From: an uncultured delta proteobacterium
GTDB lineage: Bacteria; Myxococcota_A; Polyangia; Polyangiales; Houyiibacteriaceae
Direction of reading: 5' to 3'
Assembly (NCBI GenBank): GCA_963699755.1
Contig: CAVOVB010000001.1
Coordinates: 1,440,001 to 1,504,000, forward strand
DNA: 64,000 bases
Both the position numbers and the translations under genes were made by a program. Position 1 is the stretch's first letter. Each line of letters starts with the position of its first letter. This document shows, piece after piece, positions 48,201-56,825 of this stretch. The notes beneath the pieces are model-generated. The model had not been told where the DNA came from. It searched no databases and was given only the letters and a program-made list of their open reading frames with translations.

Positions 48201-48782
48201 CGGATGTACATCGCTTGGGCAGCGCTCGAGTCGAACGAGATGAGCGCCGCGCTTCGCGATCTCGACGCCGCCTTGAAGCTCGATCCAACGCTTGGCGACG
48301 CGTTCTGGTTACGTGCGCGGATTCGAATTCGCGCGGGCGCCGTCCGTGATGCGCTCACCGATTTGAAAGAGGCGATCGAGCTCAACCCGAAACGAATCGA
48401 AGCTTGGGCCGCCATGGGCGAGAGCCACTACCAGCTCGGCCAGATGAAAGAAGCCATTGCGGACTTCGAGAAAGCCGTCGCGGGCGCGCCTGAGCAGGGA
48501 TACTGGTGGTACCGCCTGGGGCGCTTGCAGCTCGACGAGGGCCAACGGGTACCGGCGCTCGCTTCGTTGCAGAAGGCGACCTCCATCGGGGACGAAGAGC
48601 CCGGCGGCAAGGCATGGGTGGCCGACTCCCACCGGCTCATCGGAGACATCTACTACGCGCAGAACACGCGTCAAGAAGCCATCGTCGAGTACGGGCTTTA
48701 CCTGGACCTCGCTGATCGCGAGGCGCTCGACAGGGCCGACGTCGAGATGAAGCTTCGCCGGATCAGCGAAGGCATTCGCTAG
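45228..48782 (+). CDS. Zinc-ribbon (MJ0042-type) / Pro-Asp-rich linker / TM / multi-TPR protein
   Basis: CPSC...MRCPKC ribbon, repeated DLP motifs, one TM and a long TPR array. Start at ATG 45228. Confidence 0.88.
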   Translation: MIKVSCPSCNASYDVDEHRLPESGLRMRCPKCSESFQVHRDGSTAKAGGGAAPGASLPSRAKRTEVGIGPKVPPPAPAAAIKKQPLPSGEVDLPAPLVGSDLADLPTPAMRGFEDLPAPKTGAHALDLEPFADHDSADLPTPKRDARPSGFDPFADIDLPALRDAAGGTDLPAPLGRSLGPEFDLPALKGSPAGLDLDSPGDEIDLPMALTDAELPTPRDASKVPAPISLDSDLPMSSEQKDLPVARPDFMDRELEGPARIHGGGPIELDLPDGEELALEMELDGPPRPPGPLPPLGQPAARPLGAVPGSGEMESDSDELELSGFPEEGEGAVYRMPRVGADRPEFDIAPTRVKKKIKIERPPWLMKVLAAFAAIAIIVGSGFYLGTTEYGLFGIHLIEPMLSASGDPALVARAIEEAELVAADDTYIAEQQALAKLQEARAVASLNRELVARTLLHQSYNLVRFGPDSESANVADALRVHLKRRGDEAPRVHVALAADALRNADGEGAQSEIALASEDDPADAYVDFVAGEIALKAGDGQSAVDAFGRGLKKHESARAQWGLARGYQLLGEEDEMAAAAKAAQRLSPNHAGARVVVARLLIADGEIDQAYELLQIPAGLAPVEGATLPVARADRSAALALIARIEEQRGRQGAAREIYEKAIALDTSNSDATLGAARMVLLEGAYRDALARFQTVLDSTLQPGAELDVSGKPKAEVQAKLGAAEALLAMGKPEEARQMLADLLSEEPVSADVELWQGKVAEGLGKSQDAVKHFRNAIKLEPTSVRGYMALAQHYSSTKRPGEAVAILGEAEKNVEITAEVRRLVGWAELQRNHIDDAIEEFTRALEMEPRDSSAQFGLAISFRRKWRLEDAAAALAKVEALDAKFPGLALEKGRLAEASGDMEAATASYRQALADSPDDAPLKSRMGAVLVLTGKYEEAEKLLQEVLDVQPYSAEAEHYLGRIELERGQVESARQRFLRAARLDPQSGLYRMYIAWAALESNEMSAALRDLDAALKLDPTLGDAFWLRARIRIRAGAVRDALTDLKEAIELNPKRIEAWAAMGESHYQLGQMKEAIADFEKAVAGAPEQGYWWYRLGRLQLDEGQRVPALASLQKATSIGDEEPGGKAWVADSHRLIGDIYYAQNTRQEAIVEYGLYLDLADREALDRADVEMKLRRISEGIR

Positions 48783-48788
48783 GGGGCC

Positions 48789-49187
48789 TCAGTCCAGCTG
48801 GTCGCGATCGAAGGCTTCCGGAAACAGGGTAGCGAGCTCGTAGTCGGTCTGCCCCCGGCTGCTGTAGCTCCGGATCGAAAGGCTCGGCCCGAGCTCGGCG
48901 AGGCATTGCCTGCAGATGCCGCAAGGGGGCGTGGGGCTCTGGGCTCCCGAGCTGATGACCAGTGCTCGGAGCTCACGCTCTCCGGCGGCAACTGCCGCTG
49001 CCAAGGCCGCCCGCTCCGCGCAAATCGTCGCGCCATAGCTCGCGTTCTCGACGTTGCAGCCTTTGAAGACCGCACCGCTTTCGGTCAGCAACGCCGCCCC
49101 GACGGCGAAGCCGGAGTAAGGGGCGTAGGCGTTCGCCCGCGCCTCCGTCGCTGCACGCTTCAAGCTCTCCCAGGCGCTCTCGTCCAT
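48789..49187 (-). CDS. cdd: Cytidine deaminase (homotetrameric type)
   Basis: AYAPYSGFAVGAA, GCNVENASYG, CAERAA and PCGICRQ. Start at ATG 49187. Confidence 0.95.
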   Translation of the reverse strand: MDESAWESLKRAATEARANAYAPYSGFAVGAALLTESGAVFKGCNVENASYGATICAERAALAAAVAAGERELRALVISSGAQSPTPPCGICRQCLAELGPSLSIRSYSSRGQTDYELATLFPEAFDRDQLD

Positions 49188-49996
49188 CAGATCGCCTCTA
49201 GCACACCGCAGAGCATCGCTTCGAAGCGCGGCCGCACTCGGCCGGCGATCTTTTGCACTTCCTCGTGACGCAGTGGGTCTTTGGAGATCCCGGCGGCGAG
49301 ATTGGTGATGCACGAGATGCCTAGGACGCGAAGCCCCATGTGGCGAGCGGCCAGTACCTCGAGCACCGTGCTCATCCCCACCGCATCGGCACCGAGCGTT
49401 CGAAGCATTCGCACTTCGGCAGGAGTCTCGTAGGACGGCCCGAGAAGGCCGGCATACACGCCGCGTCGCAGCTCGAAGCCTAGCCCCGTCGCAATGCCGC
49501 TCGCGGTCTCGATCAGCTCGGGATCGAAGGCAGCGCTCATGTCGAGGAATCTCGGGCCCTGGCGTTCGTCGTTGGGACCGATCAGGCTGTTCGTTCCCGT
49601 GAGATTGAGCTGATCGCTGATCGCCATCAGATCCCCGGGCACGAGGCCGGGGGCGATCCCGCCTGCAGCGTTGGTGACGATCACTGTCTGCGCGCCGAGA
49701 ATGGCCATCAAACGCACACCAAAGGCCACTTCAGCAGGAGAATTGCCTTCATAGAGGTGCGCGCGCCCTTGCATCGCAACGATGCGCTTGCCCGCTCTGC
49801 GGCCCACGACCAGGTTGCCCGCATGTCCGGCGACGCTCGACAGAGGCATGTGCGGGATCTCGCCGTAGGGGATCGCACGCGCGTCCTCCAAGCTGTTTGC
49901 GTAGTCGCCGAGGCCCGATCCCAGAACCAGCGCCACGTCGGCCTTGCCGGTGCGAGCGCTAATCGCAGCCTCGGCTTGCTCGAGTGCCACCATCAT
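49187..49996 (-). CDS. punA: Purine nucleoside phosphorylase (trimeric type)
   Basis: VLGSGLG, GHAG, QGRAHLYEG, GPSYETPAE, AVGMSTV and ITNLAAG. Start moved to ATG 49996. Confidence 0.93.
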   Translation of the reverse strand: MMVALEQAEAAISARTGKADVALVLGSGLGDYANSLEDARAIPYGEIPHMPLSSVAGHAGNLVVGRRAGKRIVAMQGRAHLYEGNSPAEVAFGVRLMAILGAQTVIVTNAAGGIAPGLVPGDLMAISDQLNLTGTNSLIGPNDERQGPRFLDMSAAFDPELIETASGIATGLGFELRRGVYAGLLGPSYETPAEVRMLRTLGADAVGMSTVLEVLAARHMGLRVLGISCITNLAAGISKDPLRHEEVQKIAGRVRPRFEAMLCGVLEAI

Positions 49997-50038
49997 CTCG
50001 CCCGCATTGTACCCTACCTCGGCTATAGTGCCCGCCGG

Positions 50039-50677
50039 ATGATGAAGTGGGTCGCCACCGCCGGCTTGATGCTGTCGCTTGCATGCGCGGGTAGAGCCGT
50101 CGATGGACCCGGGAGCGAGACCGCCGGCGAGGTTTCCGAAAGCGTCGATTCGCCTCAGCTCGTCGAGCCGCCGGACCTCGTCTCGATCGTTCCCATCCCC
50201 ACGGCCGTGGAGATCCCGCGGGATTGCTCGAAGCCCGTAGAGGAGTCCTGCAATGCGATCGACGACGATTGCGACGGTGTGATCGACGACGGCTGTGGGT
50301 ACGGCGCGGGCCTGATGCAAGTCACCGCATCCTGGGACACTGGCGCGGACATCGATCTCTACGTCACTGGGCCGCTCGGCGACACCCTCAGCTTCCAGCG
50401 CCCCTCGACCCCTTCGGGGGCGCGCGTCGATCACTCCGGTCGCGGGGACTGCAGCGAGATGCCCAACCCGCAGATCGAAAACATTCGCTGGGTCGGCTCG
50501 CGACCGCTGGACGGCATCTATGAAGTCGAGATCCACTATTGGGGCGAGTGTGGTAGCAGTGGCGGGCCGACGACAGTGACGATCTCCGTCGCGGTGGGCC
50601 GTCGGATCGCTGGCCAGTACCGCCAGACCCTGCTCCCCGGCGAGCGGATTCGAGTCCTGCGATTCGTCGTCCAATGA
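50039..50677 (+). CDS. Lipoprotein with MopE-like metal-binding motif and YfaP/DUF2135-like domain
   Basis: Lipobox SLAC; EESCNAIDDDCDGVIDDGC; VTASWDTGADIDLYV; ENIRW...GIYEVEIHYW. Confidence 0.75.
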   Translation: MMKWVATAGLMLSLACAGRAVDGPGSETAGEVSESVDSPQLVEPPDLVSIVPIPTAVEIPRDCSKPVEESCNAIDDDCDGVIDDGCGYGAGLMQVTASWDTGADIDLYVTGPLGDTLSFQRPSTPSGARVDHSGRGDCSEMPNPQIENIRWVGSRPLDGIYEVEIHYWGECGSSGGPTTVTISVAVGRRIAGQYRQTLLPGERIRVLRFVVQ

Positions 50678-51978
50678 AAGTCCTCCCGGAGCGGGCGCTA
50701 TTTGCGCTCTTCCTGCTGTTGCAGGGCTGCATCCTCCTGGGGCTAGCGCTCGCCGCGCGGTCGGGATCTCTGCCGTCCACCGTCGTCCTCGGTTTGGCGA
50801 TGTCGTTCATTCCGTATGCGGGCGTGCTCGTGTTTTCTCGCTCGCTCGACGGCCAGGGTGCGCCGGGTCTGATCGCAGTCCCCATCACGCTGCTGCTTGG
50901 TGCCGTGCTCGTGCTTGCACCGCCCCTCTTGTCCGATGATATCTACCGCTACCTCTGGGAGGGACGACTCTGGCTCGAAGGGTTCAACCCGTATCGCCTC
51001 GCCCCCGAGGACCTCGCCCTCGGACCGCTCCGCGACGATGTCTGGCTCAAGATCAACAACAAGGACATCGGGAGCATCTATCCGCCGCTTTCCCAGCTCT
51101 TGTTCGCTGCTGCCGCCTGGCTCGGGGGAAAGGTCTGGACGGTCAAGCTCTTGGCGCTCCTCGGGCAGGGATGCGCCGTTGCGCTGCTCGCCGGGATCAC
51201 CAAGTCCATCAAAGCACCCTTGGCGCTCGGCCTCAACCCACTATTGCTCAGCGAAACCGCGCTCAACGGTCATCTCGACATCCTCTGCGGCCTCGCATTG
51301 CTCCTCGCAGCCTGCGCGCTCCCGCAGCACCGCTTCGTTCGCGCCGGCACCGCCACCTGCGCGGCCGTCGGGCTCAAGGTGGTCGGTCTGATCCTCCTGC
51401 CGCTCTTTGCGCGTCGACCCAAGGTCTTGATCGCGACCGCGGCGGCATCGGGCGCGCTGCTCGCGCCGCTCGTCGTTTGGCGCGGGCCTGTCGATCCGGT
51501 CTCGGGCGCGGGGCAGTTCGCAACCCGTTGGCGCGGCAACGAAAGTCTGTTCGCTCTCGCCGACTGGCTGAGTCGACAGATCCTTGCAGACGGCTCCGCG
51601 GAGCTCGCTGCTCGTTGGATGGTGATGCTTGCCTTTGTGCTGCTTTGCGTTCTGGTCGTACGCCGTCGTGCGCCGGCCCTGTCCTCCGCACGCGCGCTGG
51701 TTTGGGGGGTTCTGCTTCTCTCCCCGCAGGTCCACCCCTGGTACCTCGCCTGGCTTCTGCCACTGGAGGTCGCGGCCGGCGGGTCGGCCGGCCTGGTCTG
51801 GAGCGCGGCGGTCCTGTGCGCCTACGCGCCCCTCGACCTCTGGGTCAACCAAGGCGTCTGGCGAATGCCCCTCTGGCTCCAGTTCTTCGAGTACTTCTTG
51901 CTCGCCCTCGCGCTCTTGCTGGATCCGCGCCGTCCGACCCTGCGACGGGGAGCCTCTCAAGCGCAATTTACCCCGTGA
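50674..51978 (+). CDS. GT-C fold membrane glycosyltransferase (GT87/DUF2029-like)
   Basis: LSDDIYRYLWEG, NPY..AP, IYPPLSQ, NGHLD and VHPWY; many TMs. Confidence 0.85.
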   Translation: MKVLPERALFALFLLLQGCILLGLALAARSGSLPSTVVLGLAMSFIPYAGVLVFSRSLDGQGAPGLIAVPITLLLGAVLVLAPPLLSDDIYRYLWEGRLWLEGFNPYRLAPEDLALGPLRDDVWLKINNKDIGSIYPPLSQLLFAAAAWLGGKVWTVKLLALLGQGCAVALLAGITKSIKAPLALGLNPLLLSETALNGHLDILCGLALLLAACALPQHRFVRAGTATCAAVGLKVVGLILLPLFARRPKVLIATAAASGALLAPLVVWRGPVDPVSGAGQFATRWRGNESLFALADWLSRQILADGSAELAARWMVMLAFVLLCVLVVRRRAPALSSARALVWGVLLLSPQVHPWYLAWLLPLEVAAGGSAGLVWSAAVLCAYAPLDLWVNQGVWRMPLWLQFFEYFLLALALLLDPRRPTLRRGASQAQFTP

Positions 51979-52033
51979 TTCGAGGGACTTGGCCTGGGAG
52001 GGCGTCGCGCACCCAGATCTGCTCGGTTTTGGC

Positions 52034-52061
52034 TTGCAGGGTGGGCCGCAACACTTAGACT
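52034..52061 (+). promoter_or_regulatory. Sigma70-type promoter for rplU-rpmA
   Basis: TTGCAG-N16-TAGACT upstream of rplU. Confidence 0.45.
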
Positions 52062-52098
52062 ACCCGCCCCTGAAACCCAGGGATTGACGGATTCATCT

Positions 52099-52407
52099 AT
52101 GTACGCGGTCATTCAAACAGGCGGAAAACAGTATCGAGTTGCCGAAGGCGACACGATTCGCGTCGAAAAACTTGCCGGCGATGTCGGCTCCAAGGTGCAG
52201 TTCACCGACATCCTCATGCTCGGAGGCGAGAAGGTCGAAGTAGGCAAGCCGCATGTCAGTGGAGCCTCGGTCACCGCCGAGATCGTCGCACAAGACCTCG
52301 CCAAGAAAATCATCGTCTTCAAGATGAAGCGCCGTAAGGGCTATCGAAACCGTCGCGGTCACCGTCAGCCGTACACCGAGCTCCGCATCGAGAGCGTGAA
52401 AGGCTAA
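52099..52407 (+). CDS. rplU: 50S ribosomal protein L21
   Basis: [14 protein letters not shown] and GHRQPYT. Confidence 0.98.
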   Translation: MYAVIQTGGKQYRVAEGDTIRVEKLAGDVGSKVQFTDILMLGGEKVEVGKPHVSGASVTAEIVAQDLAKKIIVFKMKRRKGYRNRRGHRQPYTELRIESVKG

Positions 52408-52416
52408 GGAAGCGCC

Positions 52417-52677
52417 ATGGCACATAAGAAGGGTCAGGGCTCGTCCCGTAACGGACGCGATTCCAAGCCACAGTACCGTGGCGTCAAAGTCTTCGGCGGC
52501 CAGAAGGTCCCCGCAGGCAGCATTCTGGTTCGCCAGGTCGGGCAGACCTTCCATCCCGGCGCAAACGTAGGCGTTGGCAAAGACTACACGCTTTGGGCCA
52601 AGGTCGACGGCGTGGTGACGTTCGAGCGTCGTGGCCGCACCGGCAAACGCGTCGCCGTCTATCCCGCCGACAGCTGA
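52417..52677 (+). CDS. rpmA: 50S ribosomal protein L27
   Basis: [23 protein letters not shown] and GVGKDYTL. Confidence 0.98.
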   Translation: MAHKKGQGSSRNGRDSKPQYRGVKVFGGQKVPAGSILVRQVGQTFHPGANVGVGKDYTLWAKVDGVVTFERRGRTGKRVAVYPADS

Positions 52678-54161
52678 GCGACTCCTTGCAGGAGCGTTTC
52701 CCGGCGCCCGAATTCGACTCCCCTGCAGGGAGCGTCTTTCCTCCGCCTGCCGGACGTAGGGTCTATTGCAACCGGAACATACGGCTCGATCAAGTCAAAG
52801 CTGTCGGCTTCGACATGGACTACACACTGGCAATCTATCGCCAGGCAGAGATGGATCGCCTCAGCATCGAGGCGACGGTCAGCAAACTGATCGACCGCGG
52901 GTACCCCGAAGAGCTCCGTGCGATGAAATACCGTACGGAGTTTCCGATCCGAGGCCTGCTGATTGACCGAAAGCTCGGCAATGTGCTCAAGATGGACCGC
53001 TTCCGGTATGTGAAGACGGCGTACCACGGTTTTCGAAAGCTCAGCCGCGAAGAGCGTCGGCACGCCTACCACACCCGGCGCCTCCGACCGGGCACCGGGC
53101 GTTATCACTGGGTCGACACCCTCTATTCCCTGTCTGAAGTGGCGGTCTATGCCGCCGTAGTCGAGCACCTCGAGCCGCGCAGCGAAGCCATCGACTACGG
53201 CCAGCTCTTTGCCGACATCCGGGAATGCGCCGACTTATCTCACCAGGACGGTTCCATCCTCGACGTGGTCTTGAAAGACCTGCCCCGGTTCATCGACCGC
53301 GATCTGGAGCTTGGCCATCTCCTGCACAAGCTCCGAAGCGCGGGCAAGCGCCTGTTCTTGCTGACGAACTCGGGCCCCGGATACACCGATGCGATGATGT
53401 CTTATCTGCTGGGCGACGCGCTCGCCGAGTATCCGAGCTGGGAGAACTACTTCGACTACATCTGCACCTTCTCGAGGAAGCCGGGCTTCTTCACTGGCAA
53501 AGCCGCTTTCCTCGACGTCGAAACCGGGGAGGAGATCCGGGAGCCAAGCCGCGGCAGGGTCTACACCGGGGGGAACATGGCCCGCCTTCAGCGGGCACTT
53601 GGTTTTGCTGGCGACGAGGTGCTCTACGTGGGTGACCACATCTACGGTGACGTCCTCCGCGCCAAGAAGGAATCCACCTGGCGCACCGCGATGATCATCC
53701 AGGAGATGGACGACGAGCTTCGGGTGCTCCGGGAGCACGCGACGAGCTTCGACCGCGCCGACTCCCTCGAGCAGACGCGCGACGCCGTTCAGGATGAGCT
53801 TCGCGAGCATCAGGCCCGTCTCAAGCGGGCCGAGCGGAAGCTGAACGAGCACGAATCAGGCCCAGAACGCGCGAAATGGGAAGCAAGACGGGTGCGCCAC
53901 AGGCGGTCGATCGACCGGCTCCGCGCCCAGATCAAGGACCTGGATGCAGAGCGGGCCGCGCTCCACGACGTCCTGGACGAAGCATTTCACCCCTTTTGGG
54001 GCTCGATCTTCAAAGCGGGCAATGAGGTATCGAGCTTCGGCAATCAGATTGAACAGTACGCCGAGCTCTACACCTCTCGCGCCACCAACCTCAGCCAGTA
54101 TTCCCCGATGCACTACTTCCAGAGCCCGCGTCATCGAATGCCGCACGAGAACGGTTTCTAG
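52674..54161 (+). CDS. HAD-IG family 5'-nucleotidase (cN-II-like)
   Basis: [19 protein letters not shown] and YVGDHIYGD. Start uncertain (CTG 52674 or TTG 52686). Confidence 0.9.
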   Translation: MSDSLQERFPAPEFDSPAGSVFPPPAGRRVYCNRNIRLDQVKAVGFDMDYTLAIYRQAEMDRLSIEATVSKLIDRGYPEELRAMKYRTEFPIRGLLIDRKLGNVLKMDRFRYVKTAYHGFRKLSREERRHAYHTRRLRPGTGRYHWVDTLYSLSEVAVYAAVVEHLEPRSEAIDYGQLFADIRECADLSHQDGSILDVVLKDLPRFIDRDLELGHLLHKLRSAGKRLFLLTNSGPGYTDAMMSYLLGDALAEYPSWENYFDYICTFSRKPGFFTGKAAFLDVETGEEIREPSRGRVYTGGNMARLQRALGFAGDEVLYVGDHIYGDVLRAKKESTWRTAMIIQEMDDELRVLREHATSFDRADSLEQTRDAVQDELREHQARLKRAERKLNEHESGPERAKWEARRVRHRRSIDRLRAQIKDLDAERAALHDVLDEAFHPFWGSIFKAGNEVSSFGNQIEQYAELYTSRATNLSQYSPMHYFQSPRHRMPHENGF

Positions 54162-54275
54162 CCAAGCGCTAGCGCGGTCCGGCGCTTGACCTGAGATCGC
54201 GCCAGCGTGAAGATTTTTTGTCCCTAAGTGCTCGCGCTTGTTTATACTGCGTGCTCACTCACAACGGAGCGTGAC

Positions 54276-54608
54276 ATGGCGAAAGCGGCTACCAAAAAAG
54301 CCACCAAGAAGCGGGCGACCAAAAAGTCGGCGTCCAAAAAGGCAGTCAAGAAGGCGGCGCCGAAGAAGGCGGCCAAGAAGAAGACCGTGAAGTCCGAAGC
54401 GGCTGCACTGAAGAAGATGGCCAAGAAAGAAACGGCTGTTCTGAAGCGCAAGGCAAAGAAGACCAGCGCAAACATCAAGAAGAAGCTCACCAAGGCGAAG
54501 AAGGCCGCGAGCAAGAAGATTGCGGAGCTCGAGAAGAAGGGCGAGCAGGCCGTCAGTGAGCTCAAGGCCTCCACGAGCAAGAAGAAGCCGCCCAAAAAGA
54601 AGAAATAA
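54276..54608 (+). CDS. Lys/Ala-rich histone H1-like basic protein
   Basis: GGAG RBS and repeated (A/T/V)KK pentapeptides such as KAATKKATKKRATKK. Confidence 0.75.
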   Translation: MAKAATKKATKKRATKKSASKKAVKKAAPKKAAKKKTVKSEAAALKKMAKKETAVLKRKAKKTSANIKKKLTKAKKAASKKIAELEKKGEQAVSELKASTSKKKPPKKKK

Positions 54609-54657
54609 GCGCGAGACCCTCGACGATGCATGGCCCCGTCCATGCGCGAGCCTTCAG

Positions 54658-54706
54658 GAGAGATGAAGGGCCCCGATCATCTGCGATCGCGGGCCCGTCA
54701 TCTCTC
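54658..54706. terminator. Long hairpin between the convergent histone-like gene and the tRNA
   Basis: GAGAGATGA-AGGGCCC-CGATC pairs with GATCG-CGGGCCCG-TCATCTCTC (imperfect). Confidence 0.55.
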
Positions 54707-54724
54707 GTGCAAGTAAAAAAGGGG

Positions 54725-54797
54725 TGGAGCGACGGGGGATCGAACCCCGGACCCCCACACTGCCAGTGTGGTGCTCTCCCAGCTGAGCTACCGCCCC
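54725..54797 (-). tRNA. tRNA-Ala (GGC)
   Basis: GGGGCGGTAGCTCAGCTGGGAGAGCA-CCACA-CTGGCAG-TGTGG-GGGTCCGGGGTTCGATCCCCCGTCGCTCCA; G3:U70 pair; CCA tail not fully encoded. Confidence 0.97.
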
Positions 54798-54931
54798 GAA
54801 GAAGCGCAGGTGTTAGCAGCCCTCTTGCAGGCACGCCAGGCGCAGCGGGCTTGGTTTCTCGTTTTTCAGCCGGCCGTCTGCAACTCCGGAAATCTTGACC
54901 TTTTGGCGCACCCCGGCGAAAGAAAAGGGCG

Positions 54932-56428
54932 ATGCGAGCGGTCGCTTTTTTCGTCATCTTGCTCAGCGCCTGCAGCGGGTACGACGACCTCGCCTTGCTC
55001 GACGTGGAGCGCATCGAGCCACCAGAGATCGAAGTCGGCGGGACGCTTCGGATCCACGGCCGCGGTTTCCCCTTAGGGCGTGCGCCCGAGATCGTGCTCC
55101 GCGGCTCGGTCTACCGCCCCGGGATGCGTGCGAGCACCGTAGACGCGCGCCTCACTGGTGAGGTTCGTTCCGAGTCGCTGATCGAAGTCCCGGTCGTCGA
55201 TGAGCTCATCGATGCGCTCGGCGGTCGCGCCACCGTGGACGGGGAGCTGAGGGTGGGGTTTCGAACCGCCGACGAGCAGCGTGACGTCTTCTCTGCGGAG
55301 CGCATCCGGGTCGACTTCCTTCCCGACACCTCGGCGCAGTTGCACGCTCAGGGCGCGCGCGAGGGTCAGCAATCGGCCCATCTTGGCGCAGAGAGCTTCG
55401 GGCTCGAGCTGTCTCCCGAAGAGCTCGGTACCGTGGGCGTTCGGGTGGTCTCGGTGGACCCGGACGGCCTTGCGGCCATCCAGGGCGTGAAGCCGGGCGA
55501 TACCATCATGGGGCTCGACGACATGAGTCTCTATAGCCGGCGCGACTTCCTTGCTGACCCAAGCCAGAGCGAATCGACCGTTCTGGTGGCTCGGAAGGGG
55601 CTTCGCGGGGTTTACACGCTTCGTTGGCCCCATGAAGTGACTGAGCATTCCGCCGACGCGATTGCGATCGGATCGTTCGTTCTGCTCGGGCTGTTGCTCG
55701 CCTGGCTTTCTCCGGCGACGCTTTGCCTACGTGCCCGGCCTTCGAAGGTGTCGCTTTCTGTCTGGCTGACGCGTTCGAGCCTCGTGCTGGTCTTCGCGGC
55801 GCTCTTGCTCTTGGTGTCCGCGTTCCAGTGGACGACGATGTGGATCTTGGGCTTGGGCACACTTGCAGCGCTCTTCACCCTCGCCACCAGGCATCGCGCC
55901 GGCACGTCCAGCTTTGCGCTCGCCGTGATCGCAACGCTGACCGTCATGCTGCTCGCGCGTACGGCAAGCATTCCTGCCATCGTCGCCGCGCAGAGCCCAA
56001 CGGTCCTTCACTGGTATCTTTTCCAGTCCCCTGCTTCCTTCCTTGCGTTCGCCGCGTATCTCCACGCGCTCGGAGCCGTGGGCTCGCGGGCCGACTTCTC
56101 TGCGTCCCTCTACTCGGCGGCGGCGGCGGTCCTCGGCGCCGCTCTGTTCTTGGGTGGGTGGCCTCTGGCCGGGTCTGTCGCTGGCCTCGCCGCGCTCGTC
56201 GGGAAGGCCGCCTCGCTCATCGTCGCGACTCGAGCTGTCGAGATGAGCCCCAAGACGGCTGCGAGCTGCGCCGGCTTGGGACTCGGACTTGCGTTGCTTG
56301 GCTTCTTCGTCGACTTGGCTGCGCTCTTTCCGCAGTGGTGCGCCTTGGCAGTGGGCTGCGTATGCACGCTTGCGGTGCGTGCCCTGGTGCCGTCGCTACG
56401 TACCGAGTCGGCTCCTGCTATGGTCTGA
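54932..56428 (+). CDS. Lipoprotein with Ig-like and PDZ domains fused to a multi-TM (NuoH-like) C-terminal domain
   Basis: Lipobox LSAC; IPT-like GGTLRIHGRGFP; PDZ-like GVRVVSVDPDGLAAIQGVKPGDTI; TM region with IVAAQ..HWYLFQSP and LFLGGW. Confidence 0.65.
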   Translation: MRAVAFFVILLSACSGYDDLALLDVERIEPPEIEVGGTLRIHGRGFPLGRAPEIVLRGSVYRPGMRASTVDARLTGEVRSESLIEVPVVDELIDALGGRATVDGELRVGFRTADEQRDVFSAERIRVDFLPDTSAQLHAQGAREGQQSAHLGAESFGLELSPEELGTVGVRVVSVDPDGLAAIQGVKPGDTIMGLDDMSLYSRRDFLADPSQSESTVLVARKGLRGVYTLRWPHEVTEHSADAIAIGSFVLLGLLLAWLSPATLCLRARPSKVSLSVWLTRSSLVLVFAALLLLVSAFQWTTMWILGLGTLAALFTLATRHRAGTSSFALAVIATLTVMLLARTASIPAIVAAQSPTVLHWYLFQSPASFLAFAAYLHALGAVGSRADFSASLYSAAAAVLGAALFLGGWPLAGSVAGLAALVGKAASLIVATRAVEMSPKTAASCAGLGLGLALLGFFVDLAALFPQWCALAVGCVCTLAVRALVPSLRTESAPAMV

Positions 56429-56432
56429 TCGC

Positions 56433-56780
56433 CTAGCCGGCTCGCCGCAGGAATTCGCCTAGCAACTCGCGCTGCTCGAGAGATGGCGACAGAAACTGCA
56501 ACCCGGCCTCGAAGCCCCGGGCACCAACGGGCTTGGTCCAGCGAACGGACGCGGCACATTCGAACGGCGCACGATCCGGGTCTTCGATCCCATCCTGGGT
56601 CAGGAAGAAGCTCACGGTAAGCACCTCTCCGGTCGTGAGGGGATGCGAGAACACGATTGCCGCGCCACCGCCGCTGATGTTCTTCATCTCCGCGTGGCGC
56701 GTCTGCCCGGAAATGGTGAGCTCGCAAGAAATACGGACCTCATAGCGGCTGTGCTGGCGCTTCTGAATGCTCGTCATCAC
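56433..56780 (-). CDS. Stand-alone PilZ domain protein
   Basis: KRQHSR (RxxxR), NISGGG (D/NxSxxG), VRW and GLQF. Confidence 0.88.
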   Translation of the reverse strand: MMTSIQKRQHSRYEVRISCELTISGQTRHAEMKNISGGGAAIVFSHPLTTGEVLTVSFFLTQDGIEDPDRAPFECAASVRWTKPVGARGFEAGLQFLSPSLEQRELLGEFLRRAG

Positions 56781-56825
56781 AGCTTCATGATGCGAAAGAA
56801 ATCGTGCAGAGCAAAATTGTCCGCG

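Noticed and set aside
54242..54643. Hydrophobic Phe/Leu-rich minus-strand ORF resembling a membrane protein
   Set aside because: It is the antisense of the AAG-rich histone-like gene.
54609..54931. tRNA-Ala as the integration site of a genomic island
   Set aside because: No integrase, no duplicated tRNA 3' end seen, and the flanks are ordinary chromosomal genes.
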